Shown here piece after piece: positions 40,189-51,365 of a stretch of DNA of 64,000 nt. The notes below the pieces were generated by a model. That model was not told where the DNA came from. It searched no databases and was given only the letters and a program-made list of their open reading frames with translations. Each line of letters starts with the position of its first letter. Positions within the stretch are counted from its first letter, which is position 1. The DNA is from Nitrosopumilus sp. (GTDB taxonomy: Archaea; Thermoproteota; Nitrososphaeria; Nitrososphaerales; Nitrosopumilaceae), in NCBI GenBank assembly GCA_965249555.1, contig OZ252243.1:1632001-1696000 (forward strand), in the 5' to 3' direction. The position numbers and the translations under genes are program-made.

Positions 40189-40488
40189 TTATACTTTGTA
40201 GAAAAAGTGTATGTCTGCAAAACTTTTTTTAATCTCATCTTTACGTGATTCAACCATTTTTGTCATTTCCGTTAAATCTTCATTTGCAGGAAGTTTACCA
40301 TATTTTGCAATATAATATCCAAGAGTTATTCCAGTTACTACCCCTGCTTTATGACCATATTTGAAATCTTCTTCAGATCTAAATTTCCAATGTTCCTGAT
40401 CACATTCGTGTGTCTGGATTCCATGAGGGATAAGGCATTCATCAATCAACGAACTTATTTTATCTTTGAATTCTTTTTCTAATACCAT
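40189..40488 (-). CDS. Hypothetical protein (probable paralog of 34210-34509)
   Basis: Same length (99 aa) and shared W-K...DF.YG...G pattern. Confidence 0.7.
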   Translation of the reverse strand: MVLEKEFKDKISSLIDECLIPHGIQTHECDQEHWKFRSEEDFKYGHKAGVVTGITLGYYIAKYGKLPANEDLTEMTKMVESRKDEIKKSFADIHFFYKV

Positions 40489-40530
40489 GCTTTACACCAA
40501 CTCATCTCAAATAAAAAGCCAAAGATATTG

Positions 40531-41943
40531 TTATACATTTAGCATAATCCTTACCAAATATACTACTGTGCCAATTGCAACTGTTACAACCATGTATGGC
40601 ATTCCTTTTATGATGAAATCTTTGAACATCATACGATAACCGTGCCTTTCCATAACTGCAATGGCTACAAGATTTGCACTTGCACCAATTAAAGTTCCAT
40701 TTCCTCCAAAATCTGCACCTATTGCTAATGCATACCACAAAGGATTGTAATCGAAAGTACCTAATCTTTCTGCTATGACTGGGTCTAGTGAAATGTTTTC
40801 AATAATTGGAATCATTGTGGCAGTATAAGGGATATTGTCCACAAATGCTGAAGCAAATGCGGATGACCATATAATCATGACTGCTGTTGCTTCAAAATTA
40901 CCCCCAGTCGCAATAACTATTTGATGAGCAAAGAGTTCCAGCGCTCCTGTTAATTCAACACCTGATACAATAATGAACAATCCTGCGAAAAACATCAAGG
41001 TAGTCCATTCTACATGAACAAATGCTTTTCCTGGATGAATTTTTGTGATTACCAAAAGAATTGCAGCTCCCGCCAATGCAATAATTGAAACTTCCATATC
41101 TAAAACTCCATGGAACATAAATGCCATAACTACTCCAAAAAGAACTATCACACTTTTTTTGAGTAGTACAGGATCTTTGATTTCTTTTTTTTCATCAATT
41201 TGCATAAGTTTCTCAACATTCTCTGGCTTTTGTTTAAGATCTTTTCTAAACAAGAGTTTGAGAACAACTAAAGATGCTAAAAATGTGATAATAACTTCTG
41301 GAGTCATGTGGTATGCAAAATTCATAAACTCAAGATTTGCAGCAGATGCAATCAAAATGTTGGGAGGATCACCAATTAGAGTAGCTGCACCACCAATGTT
41401 TGATGCAAAAATTTCTGCAAGAATGATAGATATTGGATTTATGTTTAGAACTCTTGCAATAGAAATAGTTACAGGAACCATAAGAAGAACCATAGTAACA
41501 TTATCCAAAAATGCAGAACCTACTGCTGTAATAACTGACAACAATAACAAAAGCTTCCAAACATTTCCCTTGGACAGTTTTGCTGCCTTGATTCCTATGT
41601 ACTGAAAAATTCCTGTCTCTCCAAGAATTCCAACAATTATCATCATTCCCAAAAGTAATCCAATTGTGTTGAAGTCAATGGATCCTATTACAAAGTCAAC
41701 ACTATCATGTGCAGGAATTAGACCCGTGTAAATTAGAACAATAAGAATGATGAGTGCTCCAATCATCGCAAGTGCTGTTCTGTGAATTACTTCTGTAACT
41801 AAAATCACGTAAATTCCAATCAAAACTGACATGGTTAACGCCATTGCAACTGTAAACTCCAACCCAATCATTTCAGGTAATGTAAACATCATAACGACTA
41901 CAACGACAAGCGTGATTCCAATAATTGGCATAATTTTTTGCAA
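40531..41943 (-). CDS. ArsB/NhaD-family ion transporter
   Basis: SAFLDNVT, ASNIGGAATLIGDPPN, SAFVDNIP, GGNGTLIGASAN. Confidence 0.9.
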   Translation of the reverse strand: MQKIMPIIGITLVVVVVMMFTLPEMIGLEFTVAMALTMSVLIGIYVILVTEVIHRTALAMIGALIILIVLIYTGLIPAHDSVDFVIGSIDFNTIGLLLGMMIIVGILGETGIFQYIGIKAAKLSKGNVWKLLLLLSVITAVGSAFLDNVTMVLLMVPVTISIARVLNINPISIILAEIFASNIGGAATLIGDPPNILIASAANLEFMNFAYHMTPEVIITFLASLVVLKLLFRKDLKQKPENVEKLMQIDEKKEIKDPVLLKKSVIVLFGVVMAFMFHGVLDMEVSIIALAGAAILLVITKIHPGKAFVHVEWTTLMFFAGLFIIVSGVELTGALELFAHQIVIATGGNFEATAVMIIWSSAFASAFVDNIPYTATMIPIIENISLDPVIAERLGTFDYNPLWYALAIGADFGGNGTLIGASANLVAIAVMERHGYRMMFKDFIIKGMPYMVVTVAIGTVVYLVRIMLNV

Positions 41944-41978
41944 TATCTACGACCAATTTTGGTTAAAATTGAGGCTAT

Positions 41979-43001
41979 TTATTCTATTTTTTTAGAGTTT
42001 ACAAAGACACCTTTCTTTTTACTAATATACCCAATTTCATATATAGTCATTCTATGTTTTTTGAAGATTTTTTTTATTTTTTTAACCTCATTCTGTGGTG
42101 AGATCAAACAAAAACCAACACCCATGTTAAACGTCTTGTACATCTCTTCTTGCTTTACTCCTTGCTCTTCAATCAGACCCATAATGGGTGGAATTTTTGG
42201 CAGTGCATCAATTTCATATCCGATATTTTTTAGTCGAAGTAGTTTTGTAAATGACCCCCCAGTGATATGTGCTAACCCATTAACTATGCATTTTTGATTT
42301 GCTTCTAAAACTGGTTTCACATAAATTTCTGTAGGGGTAAGTAATGCATTTCCTAATACCCCAACTCCTTTGATTTTATCTTTTAGAGAATATTTTGTTA
42401 ATAATGCTTTTCTTGCAAGTGAATAACCATTTGAATGGATTCCAGAACTTTTTACACCGATTATGACATCACCTGCTTTTATTTTATTTCCTAACACCAT
42501 TTCTTTTTTTGAAACTAATCCTAATACCATTCCAGCCAAATCAAACGAAAATCCTTTACCTGAAATTAAATCTGGCATAATTGCAGTTTCTCCTCCAACA
42601 ATTGGAACTGCTGCTTTTTTTGCACCTTTGACTAGCCCTTCGACAATTTTTTTAAATAATTTTACGTCATTTTTGTTTGCAGCAATATAATCTACAAATG
42701 ATATTGGCGTTGCGCCAATACATATTATATCATTAACGTTCATTGCAATACAATCAATTCCAATTGTGTCATATTTTTTCATCATATTTGCAATTACAAC
42801 TTTGGTTCCAACACCATCTGTATGGGTAGCCAAAAGTTTACCTCCTGGAATTTCTACAATTCCTGCATAATGACCAAATCCATGAGCAATCTTTGCTTTT
42901 TTCTGAAGCTTGTGAGTTGATGTAATTAGTTTGCCAATTGCTGTTTGGCTTTGTTTAATTTTAGAAATGTCTACACCTGCTTTTTTGTAGGTTAGAACCA
43001 T
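41979..43001 (-). CDS. purM: AIR synthetase
   Basis: YKKAGVD, TDGVGTK, GGETA, SSGIHSNGYSL, HITGG, TFNMGVG. Confidence 0.97.
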   Translation of the reverse strand: MVLTYKKAGVDISKIKQSQTAIGKLITSTHKLQKKAKIAHGFGHYAGIVEIPGGKLLATHTDGVGTKVVIANMMKKYDTIGIDCIAMNVNDIICIGATPISFVDYIAANKNDVKLFKKIVEGLVKGAKKAAVPIVGGETAIMPDLISGKGFSFDLAGMVLGLVSKKEMVLGNKIKAGDVIIGVKSSGIHSNGYSLARKALLTKYSLKDKIKGVGVLGNALLTPTEIYVKPVLEANQKCIVNGLAHITGGSFTKLLRLKNIGYEIDALPKIPPIMGLIEEQGVKQEEMYKTFNMGVGFCLISPQNEVKKIKKIFKKHRMTIYEIGYISKKKGVFVNSKKIE

Positions 43002-43050
43002 AGTTTGATGCGTATTTGCTGTGAATAAAAGAATTTGCCTATTGTTTCGA

Positions 43051-43776
43051 TCACATGTACATTCCAGAATTCTCTTCTCTATGTTCTACATATTTTTGGG
43101 ATAATTCACTTAATTCTGAACTGATTCTCTCTTTATCTTCTTGAAGCTCTGTAGTGTCTATATCCATTTCATAGAATCGATTTAATGCCTCAATCAGAGT
43201 TGCTGCTGCAGTAGAATCCGGTTCCGTTTTGTTTGCTTTTACTAATAGTGTTACACCTTGTATCTCTCTTACTAGACATTCGTTTAGTATGCCGCCTGGA
43301 ATACCTGTGATAAATCCTTGAGGAATCATACTGATGTCCTTGTCTGCCATTGTTCTTACCAGATCTTCTTCAGCTGCACAGTATGCTTTGTTGTCATGTT
43401 CAATACTTGCAACTCCATCTAGGATAACAATCTCTTTGGATCCTTTTTGTGCTGCCCAATCTAAAATTGATGATACCAGACAGTAAAGTCCTTCCAACTT
43501 CAATGTTATCTCACAAATTATTGCACAGATTGTTCCTTCTTGGTTTGCATAGAATCTAAACGGATGACGTAATCTGCCTCTCATGAAAACTGTTGATGGA
43601 GGGAGATACTTTGATCTCATTACTCCGATCTCCTCCATTTCTAATTTCTCAATAATGTGATTAATTGCAACAGGACCTACGAGACCTGCTCCGACAAAGC
43701 CTGCAAAGATTATTGGATTCTTCAATTCTGTTTTCTTTGTCTCAAAGACTTCAGCTTCAGGAAATTCTTTCTGCAC
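43051..43776 (-). CDS. PAC2-family proteasome assembly chaperone
   Basis: GFVGAGLVG...HPFRFY; C-terminal MYM. Confidence 0.88.
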   Translation of the reverse strand: MQKEFPEAEVFETKKTELKNPIIFAGFVGAGLVGPVAINHIIEKLEMEEIGVMRSKYLPPSTVFMRGRLRHPFRFYANQEGTICAIICEITLKLEGLYCLVSSILDWAAQKGSKEIVILDGVASIEHDNKAYCAAEEDLVRTMADKDISMIPQGFITGIPGGILNECLVREIQGVTLLVKANKTEPDSTAAATLIEALNRFYEMDIDTTELQEDKERISSELSELSQKYVEHREENSGMYM

Positions 43777-43904
43777 GATTTACGTCGATTTGTTCTGTCT
43801 AATTACTATACTAACTAAGAGTTTTGTACGCTTTTGGTGAGATGGTTTTTAGTAATTTTTACACCAAATCAAAAAGTTCTAATCTAAAAAATGATATCTT
43901 GAGC

Positions 43905-44270
43905 TCATTCTTTACTGAAATTTTGTATTGTTGTTTTTATTTTTGAAATCATTTTAAAATAATCTTCATTAGGCTCAAGACTTGCCACAAATAGGTTGCT
44001 ATTGTCTATTGGTATGTTGATTAAAGTTACCTTGTCATATTCTAAAACTGAAGACTTCTCAAAACCAAGTTCATGGGATAAATTTTGAGATTTTTCCCAT
44101 TCCCACATCGAATAATGGATGGACATTTTCAATTCATCAGGGGACAAATATTGCTCTACTCCTTTCTGTTCCAAATTGTTAACTAAAACTCCTTTAGTAT
44201 TTACTACTCCCGCAAACCTTATTTTTGAATCTAATTCAAGAATATCTTTACACAGTTTCTGGTAATCCAT
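43905..44270 (-). CDS. Thaumarchaeal roadblock/profilin-like protein (DUF6659-like)
   Basis: LCKDILELDSKIRFAGVVNTKG...LG...EYDKV pattern. Confidence 0.75.
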   Translation of the reverse strand: MDYQKLCKDILELDSKIRFAGVVNTKGVLVNNLEQKGVEQYLSPDELKMSIHYSMWEWEKSQNLSHELGFEKSSVLEYDKVTLINIPIDNSNLFVASLEPNEDYFKMISKIKTTIQNFSKE

Positions 44271-44673
44271 TGAAATTTGATGGTAAATTGATTATTAAAA
44301 TATTATTGTTCCAAAGTAAATATGATAAAACTACATTATTTTCTTTAATTCTTATTATAATTTGATTTTATATTTTTTCAATTCCAAAAATTATGCCATA
44401 ATAATCTGTATGTGAAATGTTGGTAATTTTTAGATTAAATTTTTGCAAAATTTGTTCTATTAAAGTAAATTCTACTGTATGTTGGTTTGTTTTGATCATC
44501 TGATAACAATTTCTCCCATTCAGGGTGCTCATTCTTTAAAAAATCAAAAACTTCATCATACCATTCACTTTTTTTCACTCAAATTTATTTTCTCATGTCA
44601 AGTGTAATTTTAAATCTTATGGTGAGATTTTCATTTTAGGCATAGATAAAAATGAGTAATCAGAATTTACGCT

Positions 44674-44889
44674 ATGGCAAATAGACCGGACTCTAACAAA
44701 ACCCTATCGACTAAAACTAAATTACTTCTAATTTTGATAATGTTTATTGTAATTAATTTGATTTTTTATTTTGGATTTGACTCTTCAGACGAATCAGGAA
44801 ATCCATTTGAACTAGGTGAACAAGATCAATTAATGGTTGATAAAACTGTTGAATCGGAAGAAGAAATGAATATTTCACTTCTTCCCTAG
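44674..44889 (+). CDS. Small single-TM protein with acidic tail
   Basis: One hydrophobic helix. Confidence 0.55.
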   Translation: MANRPDSNKTLSTKTKLLLILIMFIVINLIFYFGFDSSDESGNPFELGEQDQLMVDKTVESEEEMNISLLP

Positions 44890-44920
44890 TGTATTACATA
44901 TTTCATGTATGACATTAAGC

Positions 44921-45847
44921 CTAGTTTTTTCTTATTTTACTAATTGATGCGTCAAGAATTTTCTTTCTACTAATTTCAAGTATCTTGAAAATTACCTCAG
45001 AAATATTATCTGTCTTGTTTCCTAAAATTCTGATGACTATGCCCGATTCATCTGGAAGAATAGATGTGCCCACTGAAACTGTATCTGTCTTTTTGATACT
45101 TTCATTAATTGAACTTTCCAGTTCAATTACAATTTCCTTTCTAGTCAAGATGTACATTGTTCCAACTGTGTTATGCTTTCCTAGTATTCCAAAATTTTTC
45201 AATTTTTGTATTTTTGGTTCAATTTTTGTATTTTCTAAAAATCTTATTTTTTTATCTTGGTTCTTACAGTGTGTTCTTAGGTAACAAATATCATATTCAA
45301 AAGATTCCTCCATAGCAACTCTTCCAGGAGTTAAAATTTCTGAATATACCAAAGTTGCATTATCGTGAATATTCAGATTAACTTTTTGATAATATCTTGA
45401 ATTCTTGTTTGGTATTATTTGATCAGGGATGTATTCAAAATAACAATTCTCATCAACTGTGATGTTTACAATTTGTGATGCAAAATTTGAATCCATACTG
45501 TAGATGCTAGTGGCACCTTGAGTTGTCATATGGGCAACGGCTTTATTTTTTAAGGATACATCAGTTCTGTACCTGTCTCCTTGCAGAATTCCTCCTGATG
45601 GAGAAATAACATAAAGATATGCCATTTCAGGAAGTGAGTTTTCAGGATATAATGCTCGTTGAAATTGTAACGGAACTTGAGAAAATTGTTTTGTAACAAT
45701 TGTCTTACCATTACTATCTTTTTGAAGTTCCAAATCAAGAATGCCTACTTTTCCTGATTTTCCAACTTCCAATTGTTTTATTTTAGAATCATATGTCTGA
45801 ATTTCTTTTGGTATGTCATCTGGTGTGTAATATTCTAGATTATTCAA
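44921..45847 (-). CDS. ureD: Urease accessory protein UreD
   Basis: SPSGGILQGD, TTQGAT, PGRVAMEESF; last gene of ureEFGD. Confidence 0.93.
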   Translation of the reverse strand: MNNLEYYTPDDIPKEIQTYDSKIKQLEVGKSGKVGILDLELQKDSNGKTIVTKQFSQVPLQFQRALYPENSLPEMAYLYVISPSGGILQGDRYRTDVSLKNKAVAHMTTQGATSIYSMDSNFASQIVNITVDENCYFEYIPDQIIPNKNSRYYQKVNLNIHDNATLVYSEILTPGRVAMEESFEYDICYLRTHCKNQDKKIRFLENTKIEPKIQKLKNFGILGKHNTVGTMYILTRKEIVIELESSINESIKKTDTVSVGTSILPDESGIVIRILGNKTDNISEVIFKILEISRKKILDASISKIRKN

Positions 45848-45850
45848 TAA

Positions 45851-46507
45851 TCACACCTTTTGTGTAAGTTCTGATTTTGGTGCAGAATCCAACAAGACAT
45901 CATGAATAATGTGTTCAGTTATCTTCATTATGCCTTTATCTGTTTTACAATTGATAAATTCAAATGGTTTTTCTTTTCTAATCTTTTCTGCATCTCTTTT
46001 CATGATATCAAGATCTGCACCAACCATAATGGCAAGATCTATCTTGTTAATTACTAAAAGATCACAACTCTCAATTCCTAATCCGCCCTTTCTTGGATAT
46101 TTGTCTCCGCCTGCAACATCAACTATGTAAATAAAATAATCTGCAAGAAGGGGACTGAATGTAGTTGTAATGTTGTCCCCACCACTTTCAATAATTATAA
46201 GGTCAAGATCAGGATGCTCCGATTCTATTTCTTCTATTACTGCAAGATTCATGGAAGGATCTTCTCTGATTGCAGTATGTGGACAACCGCCTGTTGCAAG
46301 ACCAATCACTAAATTTTCTGGAAGTAGTCCTCTTTTTGTAGCTAAATTATCCCTCATTCTGTCAGCGTCTTCTTTTGAAATTACATCATTTGAGATTATA
46401 CTTACACTGTATCCCTTTTCAGCCAACATTGGCACCAAGCGTTCAATTAACATGCTTTTACCAGAACCAACTGGTCCTCCAATACCGATTCTTGCGATGT
46501 GAGTCAT
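45851..46507 (-). CDS. ureG: Urease accessory GTPase UreG
   Basis: GGPVGSGKS, TGGCPHTAIRED, ESGGDN, NKID. Confidence 0.97.
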   Translation of the reverse strand: MTHIARIGIGGPVGSGKSMLIERLVPMLAEKGYSVSIISNDVISKEDADRMRDNLATKRGLLPENLVIGLATGGCPHTAIREDPSMNLAVIEEIESEHPDLDLIIIESGGDNITTTFSPLLADYFIYIVDVAGGDKYPRKGGLGIESCDLLVINKIDLAIMVGADLDIMKRDAEKIRKEKPFEFINCKTDKGIMKITEHIIHDVLLDSAPKSELTQKV

Positions 46508-46524
46508 GATGAAAAATCTAATTT

Positions 46525-47226
46525 TTATGTAATAAACATTTTAGAATCCATTTTTTCATGTGACATTTGAACAATATCTATTTGGGGTGCAAATTGCCAC
46601 ATTTCAGAAAGTGATTCATTCGAATATTCTTTGATAGTTTGACTGATGATTGGTTTTATATTGTGAATTATTTTTTGAGCTTCAAAATGTTGAATTAATC
46701 CTAATCGTAATGCTGCACCTACAACCCCTACAGTAAAACCATACAATAACATCGTCATGCTTTTTTCTTTTTTAATTTTTAATGCATTACAACAAATTGC
46801 AAATGCCACAGGAAATATCCCATGTACATTGTTTTTTGTTATGTTGTTTTTGTATTGATTTAAAATTTCATCATCTTTTACAAATTCTGAAACACACTTT
46901 ACTAACTGAACACCAGATCTTACTGATGAATTGCGTATTTCTTTAATTGATTTAGTAGCAAAAGCAATACTATCTGCTTCAATTACTTTTTCAAAATCAC
47001 ATTCATTTGCACTATCAAATGCATTTGCAAGTGCAACACAATCTGATGGGCCTATCTGTTGAATAATGTTGGTTTTGATAATTTCTATCAAGTCAGTCAT
47101 GCCTTGAATTTTTTTTTCTGTGAAAAGAAATTCTAATCCATTTGAAGTAGCAAAAATGCCTGTAGGGAAAAATGAGTCAGATAATTGCATTACTCCCAAC
47201 TCTTGTTCTATCTCATCAATGTTCAT
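46525..47226 (-). CDS. ureF: Urease accessory protein UreF
   Basis: QLSDSFFPTG..ATSNGLE; C-terminal HEKMDSKMFIT. Confidence 0.93.
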   Translation of the reverse strand: MNIDEIEQELGVMQLSDSFFPTGIFATSNGLEFLFTEKKIQGMTDLIEIIKTNIIQQIGPSDCVALANAFDSANECDFEKVIEADSIAFATKSIKEIRNSSVRSGVQLVKCVSEFVKDDEILNQYKNNITKNNVHGIFPVAFAICCNALKIKKEKSMTMLLYGFTVGVVGAALRLGLIQHFEAQKIIHNIKPIISQTIKEYSNESLSEMWQFAPQIDIVQMSHEKMDSKMFIT

Positions 47227-47701
47227 GTACATCTGCACCTAATTGAGGGGAAAATATTTGCTCTTCTACTGTCATGTCAATATGGCTGATAATGCTTTGA
47301 AACAATTTTGCGAATATTTCCTTTTCTGAGTCTGCTTGAATTGGAAATGAAATCTCATCTCCTTGAATGGATATGGGTCTGTGTCTGTTTCCAATTATAT
47401 GTCCTAAAAGTACCATCACATCTGTCATCTTTTCATTTTTTAGTTTAACTGTAATTATTTTTTCTGGTAATTGTTCTACAACAATTTTTGTATCTCCATT
47501 TTTGATGATATCTCCATTGTGAAGTTTTACACCTGGGTCTAAATTCAAACCTACATCTGTTCCACGATCTGTCTTTCTTCTCAAAATTCTTTTTTCTAAT
47601 TCTATTCGTGAAATCTTGAGTCTTTCAAAACTTTCATTTCTTAAATCATCAAATTCTTTATCATGAAAAATATTACCTATGGGAGAATTAACTTCTATCA
47701 C
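47216..47701 (-). CDS. ureE: Nickel chaperone UreE
   Basis: [17 protein letters not shown]-terminal HEH. Confidence 0.92.
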   Translation of the reverse strand: MIEVNSPIGNIFHDKEFDDLRNESFERLKISRIELEKRILRRKTDRGTDVGLNLDPGVKLHNGDIIKNGDTKIVVEQLPEKIITVKLKNEKMTDVMVLLGHIIGNRHRPISIQGDEISFPIQADSEKEIFAKLFQSIISHIDMTVEEQIFSPQLGADVHEH

Positions 47702-47720
47702 AAGTAACTTTGTTTTTTGC

Positions 47721-47735
47721 CAAAGTTATACTTTG
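47721..47735. promoter_or_regulatory. Palindrome in the divergent ureE/ureA promoter region
   Basis: CAAAGT-TAT-ACTTTG. Confidence 0.4.
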
Positions 47736-47789
47736 TTCGACTCTTTTACCATTTTAATGATTAAATACTATAATTCACTATCCAATTCA

Positions 47790-48092
47790 TTGATGCTTAC
47801 TCCTAGAGAATTAGAAAAACTAAATGTTTTTGTTACATCAGAACTTGCTCGTAGAAGAAAAAATCGTGGACTAAAACTTAATCATCCTGAGGCTGTATCT
47901 ATTCTTGCTGATCATATTTTAGAAGGTGCTAGAGATGGAAGAAATGTTCCAGAACTTATGAGCTCCGGAAAAAATGTTTTATCAAAAGATGATGTGTTAC
48001 CTGGAGTTGCAGAACTGATTGCTTCTATTCAAGTGGAGGCAACATTTGAAGATGGAACTAAACTGGTAACAGTTCATGACCCTATTGTGTGA
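47790..48092 (+). CDS. ureA: Urease gamma subunit
   Basis: [10 protein letters not shown]...LNHPEA...[17 protein letters not shown]; true start 47790 or 47793, not 47679. Confidence 0.97.
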   Translation: MMLTPRELEKLNVFVTSELARRRKNRGLKLNHPEAVSILADHILEGARDGRNVPELMSSGKNVLSKDDVLPGVAELIASIQVEATFEDGTKLVTVHDPIV

Positions 48093-48097
48093 TAATT

Positions 48098-48466
48098 ATG
48101 ATTCCTGGCGAATACTTCCCATCTAATGAATCCATAATTGCTAATGTGGGAAAATCAACTACAACTGTTAGTGTTAGAAATACTGGGGATAGACCAATAC
48201 AGGTAGGATCACATACCCACTTTTTTGAAGTAAACAAGGCTCTTGAATTTCAGAGGAAACAGTCTTACGGATATCATCTCAATATTCCTGCTGGAACATC
48301 AGTGAGATTTGAACCAGGAGACACAAAAGAAATTGAACTAACAGAATTTGGTGGAAAAAAAATTGTTTATGGATTTAGTGGTCTGGTAAATGGAAGTCTA
48401 GATGAAAAGCAAGAAGAGGCATTCAAAAAAGTTACTGAAAAAGGATTCAAAGGGATGACACAATGA
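48098..48466 (+). CDS. ureB: Urease beta subunit
   Basis: [36 protein letters not shown]. Confidence 0.97.
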   Translation: MIPGEYFPSNESIIANVGKSTTTVSVRNTGDRPIQVGSHTHFFEVNKALEFQRKQSYGYHLNIPAGTSVRFEPGDTKEIELTEFGGKKIVYGFSGLVNGSLDEKQEEAFKKVTEKGFKGMTQ

Positions 48467-50175
48467 CTTTGAACATTCCAAGAAAAACATACGTTGATTT
48501 GTTTGGTCCGACTGTGGGTGACCGAATCCGTCTTGCAGATACTGATTTGATTATTGAAATTGAAAAAGACTTGATCAAATATGGTGATGAGGCTGTATTT
48601 GGTGGAGGAAAGAGCATACGAGATGGGCAGGGGCAAGCAAGTGGAGTGTCTAGAGCAGAGTCACTTGATCTTGTAATTACTAACGCAATTGTAATGGATC
48701 CAATTTTAGGAATTATCAAAGCAGACATTGGAATAAAAGATGGAAAAATTGTCGGGATAGGAAATGCTGGTAATCCTGATATCATGGATGATATTGATAT
48801 GGTAATTTCTTCAAACACTGAGATAATTGCAGGTGAGCATACAATTTGTACTCCTGGAACAATTGATTCACATGTTCATTTTATTTCTCCTCAACAAGCA
48901 ATACATGCAATTTGTAATGGTACCACTACAATGATTGGTGGCGGAACTGGCCCTGCTGATGGAACAAATGCAACAACATGCACTCCTGGTAAATGGAATA
49001 TTCATAAAATGATTGAATCCGTTGATGAATTACCACTGAACTTTGGATTTCTTGCTAAAGGAAATGATTCCCGTGAAACTGCATTACTTGAACAAATTGA
49101 AGCAGGAGCTTGTGGGCTAAAACTACATGAAGACTGGGGTTCAACTCCTGCTACGATTGATTCTGCTTTGAGGGTTGCAGACAAAACTGATACTCAAGTT
49201 GCAATCCATACAGATACTCTCAATGAATGTGGATTTGTTGATGACACAATTGAAGCAATTGCTGGAAGAACAATTCACACTTATCATACTGAAGGAGCAG
49301 GTGGTGGACATGCTCCAGATATTATGAAAATTGCAGGTGAAGAAAATATACTTCCTTCGTCTACAAATCCTACAAGACCATTTACAGTAAATACATTAGC
49401 AGAACATCTTGACATGATGATGGTTTGCCATCATCTAAATTCATCAGTTCCTGAAGATGTGTCCTTTGCAATGTCTAGAATTCGTGGTGAGACTATTGCT
49501 GCAGAGGACGTATTACATGATATTGGAGTTTTGAGTATGATGTCTTCTGATAGTCAAGCTATGGGACGAGTTGGAGAAGTTACAACCAGAAATTGGCAGA
49601 CTGCTGATAAAATGAAAAAGATGGCTGGCACATTACCTGAAGACAATGCTCAAAATGATAATTTCAGAGTAAAAAGATATCTTGCTAAAATTACAATAAA
49701 TCCTGCCATAACTCATGGGGTTTCAGATTATGTGGGATCATTGCAGCCTGGGCGATTAGCTGATATTGTAATTTGGTCCCCTGCATTTTTTGGAGTCAAA
49801 CCAAAAATGATCATTAAAGGCGGTTTTATTGCATATTCCCTTATGGGTGATCCAAATGCATCAATTCCTACTACTGAACCTGTCATGTATCGCCCTATGT
49901 TTGGAGCCCTTGGCCAAACAAAATATTCCACTTCTGTAACATTCACATCTCAACTGGCACTAGACAAGGGTATTGAATCTGAAATCAATTCAAAAAAGAA
50001 ATTGGTTCCTGTGAAAAATTGTCGTTCTATTGGAAAGAAAGACATGTTGTATAATGATCTTACTCCAAACATTGAGGTAAATCCTGAAACATATGAAGTA
50101 AAAGTTGATGGGAAAATTGCAACTACAGATCCAGCAGACAAAGTTTCTATGTCGAGACTATACAATTTATTTTAA
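48463..50175 (+). CDS. ureC: Urease alpha subunit
   Basis: [44 protein letters not shown]. Confidence 0.99.
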   Translation: MTLNIPRKTYVDLFGPTVGDRIRLADTDLIIEIEKDLIKYGDEAVFGGGKSIRDGQGQASGVSRAESLDLVITNAIVMDPILGIIKADIGIKDGKIVGIGNAGNPDIMDDIDMVISSNTEIIAGEHTICTPGTIDSHVHFISPQQAIHAICNGTTTMIGGGTGPADGTNATTCTPGKWNIHKMIESVDELPLNFGFLAKGNDSRETALLEQIEAGACGLKLHEDWGSTPATIDSALRVADKTDTQVAIHTDTLNECGFVDDTIEAIAGRTIHTYHTEGAGGGHAPDIMKIAGEENILPSSTNPTRPFTVNTLAEHLDMMMVCHHLNSSVPEDVSFAMSRIRGETIAAEDVLHDIGVLSMMSSDSQAMGRVGEVTTRNWQTADKMKKMAGTLPEDNAQNDNFRVKRYLAKITINPAITHGVSDYVGSLQPGRLADIVIWSPAFFGVKPKMIIKGGFIAYSLMGDPNASIPTTEPVMYRPMFGALGQTKYSTSVTFTSQLALDKGIESEINSKKKLVPVKNCRSIGKKDMLYNDLTPNIEVNPETYEVKVDGKIATTDPADKVSMSRLYNLF

Positions 50176-50194
50176 AAGTTTTTAAACTATATGT

Positions 50195-50953
50195 TTAGTT
50201 TATTGAAAATAATTTATTATCTAATCCAATTGTAATTACAATATTGAGACCAATTATGAAAGTTATACTAGCTATTGTGTATCTTAGATATTTAGTAACA
50301 TAATTAATTTTTGATAATAAAATAAATGGTAATCCCATAATGCCACTAGCAACAGTCATACCAATTATACTGCCTATGCCAAATAAAATTAGAAAATAAA
50401 TCATCATATCAAAACCATTCATTGTAGATGCAAATAATGCAACAAGACTACCACTACCTGCAATACCGTGAACACAACCAATTAGATATGCTTTGTGACC
50501 ATGTTTGTGATTTTCATTGTGTTCATGAGAATGTGTGTGAGAAATTCCGTTTGAATGTGTGTGAGGATGAACATGTTTTTGTTTAAAGATACTTTTGTTT
50601 GTAAATGTAAAAATTGCTAAAGTAATCAACATTAAACCAACAAGCACTTCTGCACTAATAAAAAAATCATTAGGTATGTTTAATGATAAACCTGCAATCA
50701 ATAACCCAATTAGAATAATGCTGGATGTATGTCCCATTCCCCAAAGTGCTCCTCTTAAAGAAGAGATAATGGTAAGATTTTGCAAGTCTCGTTTTTTTGT
50801 ACTCTTTGAATTATCGTTATTTCTTAATAGTTGAGTGGAAACTGCACTAAGATGATCAGGCTCAAAAGCATGTAATACTCCAATCATCAGACCTGCAATT
50901 ATAATTAAAAAAGGATTGTTGGCTTGTAACATTCCCATTATTGTGTCAATCAA
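50195..50953 (-). CDS. Nickel permease (UreH/NiCoT-like)
   Basis: HAFEPDH, WGMGH, His-rich loop HVHPHTH...HTHSHEH...HKHGH, HGIAGSG. Confidence 0.88.
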   Translation of the reverse strand: MIDTIMGMLQANNPFLIIIAGLMIGVLHAFEPDHLSAVSTQLLRNNDNSKSTKKRDLQNLTIISSLRGALWGMGHTSSIILIGLLIAGLSLNIPNDFFISAEVLVGLMLITLAIFTFTNKSIFKQKHVHPHTHSNGISHTHSHEHNENHKHGHKAYLIGCVHGIAGSGSLVALFASTMNGFDMMIYFLILFGIGSIIGMTVASGIMGLPFILLSKINYVTKYLRYTIASITFIIGLNIVITIGLDNKLFSIN

Positions 50954-51365
50954 TTATTCCACTACTCCTATATGCTGTTTGTTTCTGTCCATCAAGAGAA
51001 TATTGAACAATTTGAATGGGTGTTGTAATGAACATTTGTTCTTTATCCATATCTTTGGTTGTAATTGTAAAAGTTAGTTTTCTCAAGCTTTCAGGAACTC
51101 CAATCATTACTTGATGTGGTAAGAGCATATCTGGTATTTGTTTTTGTATTTCGTTGATTGTTTTACGTTCATTTAAAGAAGTTATGATATAAGCTACAAA
51201 CAACCCAAGCGTCTCGTTTATGTTTAATCGCATATTGTTTGATAGGTGATTTTTGATTAATTGTGTAGATTCGAAGAAAATTGTTTCATCAGATTTTTCA
51301 TAATAAAATATCTTGGTAAATGGCTTGATATCAGAATCTCCCTGTACCAATACTTCAATTTTCAT
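50946..51365 (-). CDS. Divergent urease gamma-subunit-like protein
   Basis: RLNINE...KTINEIQ...LLPHQVMIGVPE...TPI aligns by eye to UreA KLNHPE...RNVPELM...[12 protein letters not shown]...DPI. Confidence 0.7.
   Translation of the reverse strand: MKIEVLVQGDSDIKPFTKIFYYEKSDETIFFESTQLIKNHLSNNMRLNINETLGLFVAYIITSLNERKTINEIQKQIPDMLLPHQVMIGVPESLRKLTFTITTKDMDKEQMFITTPIQIVQYSLDGQKQTAYRSSGIID

Noticed and set aside
47679-47789. N-terminal extension of UreA
   Set aside because: It overlaps the ureE start and the shared promoter; homology begins at MLTPRE.
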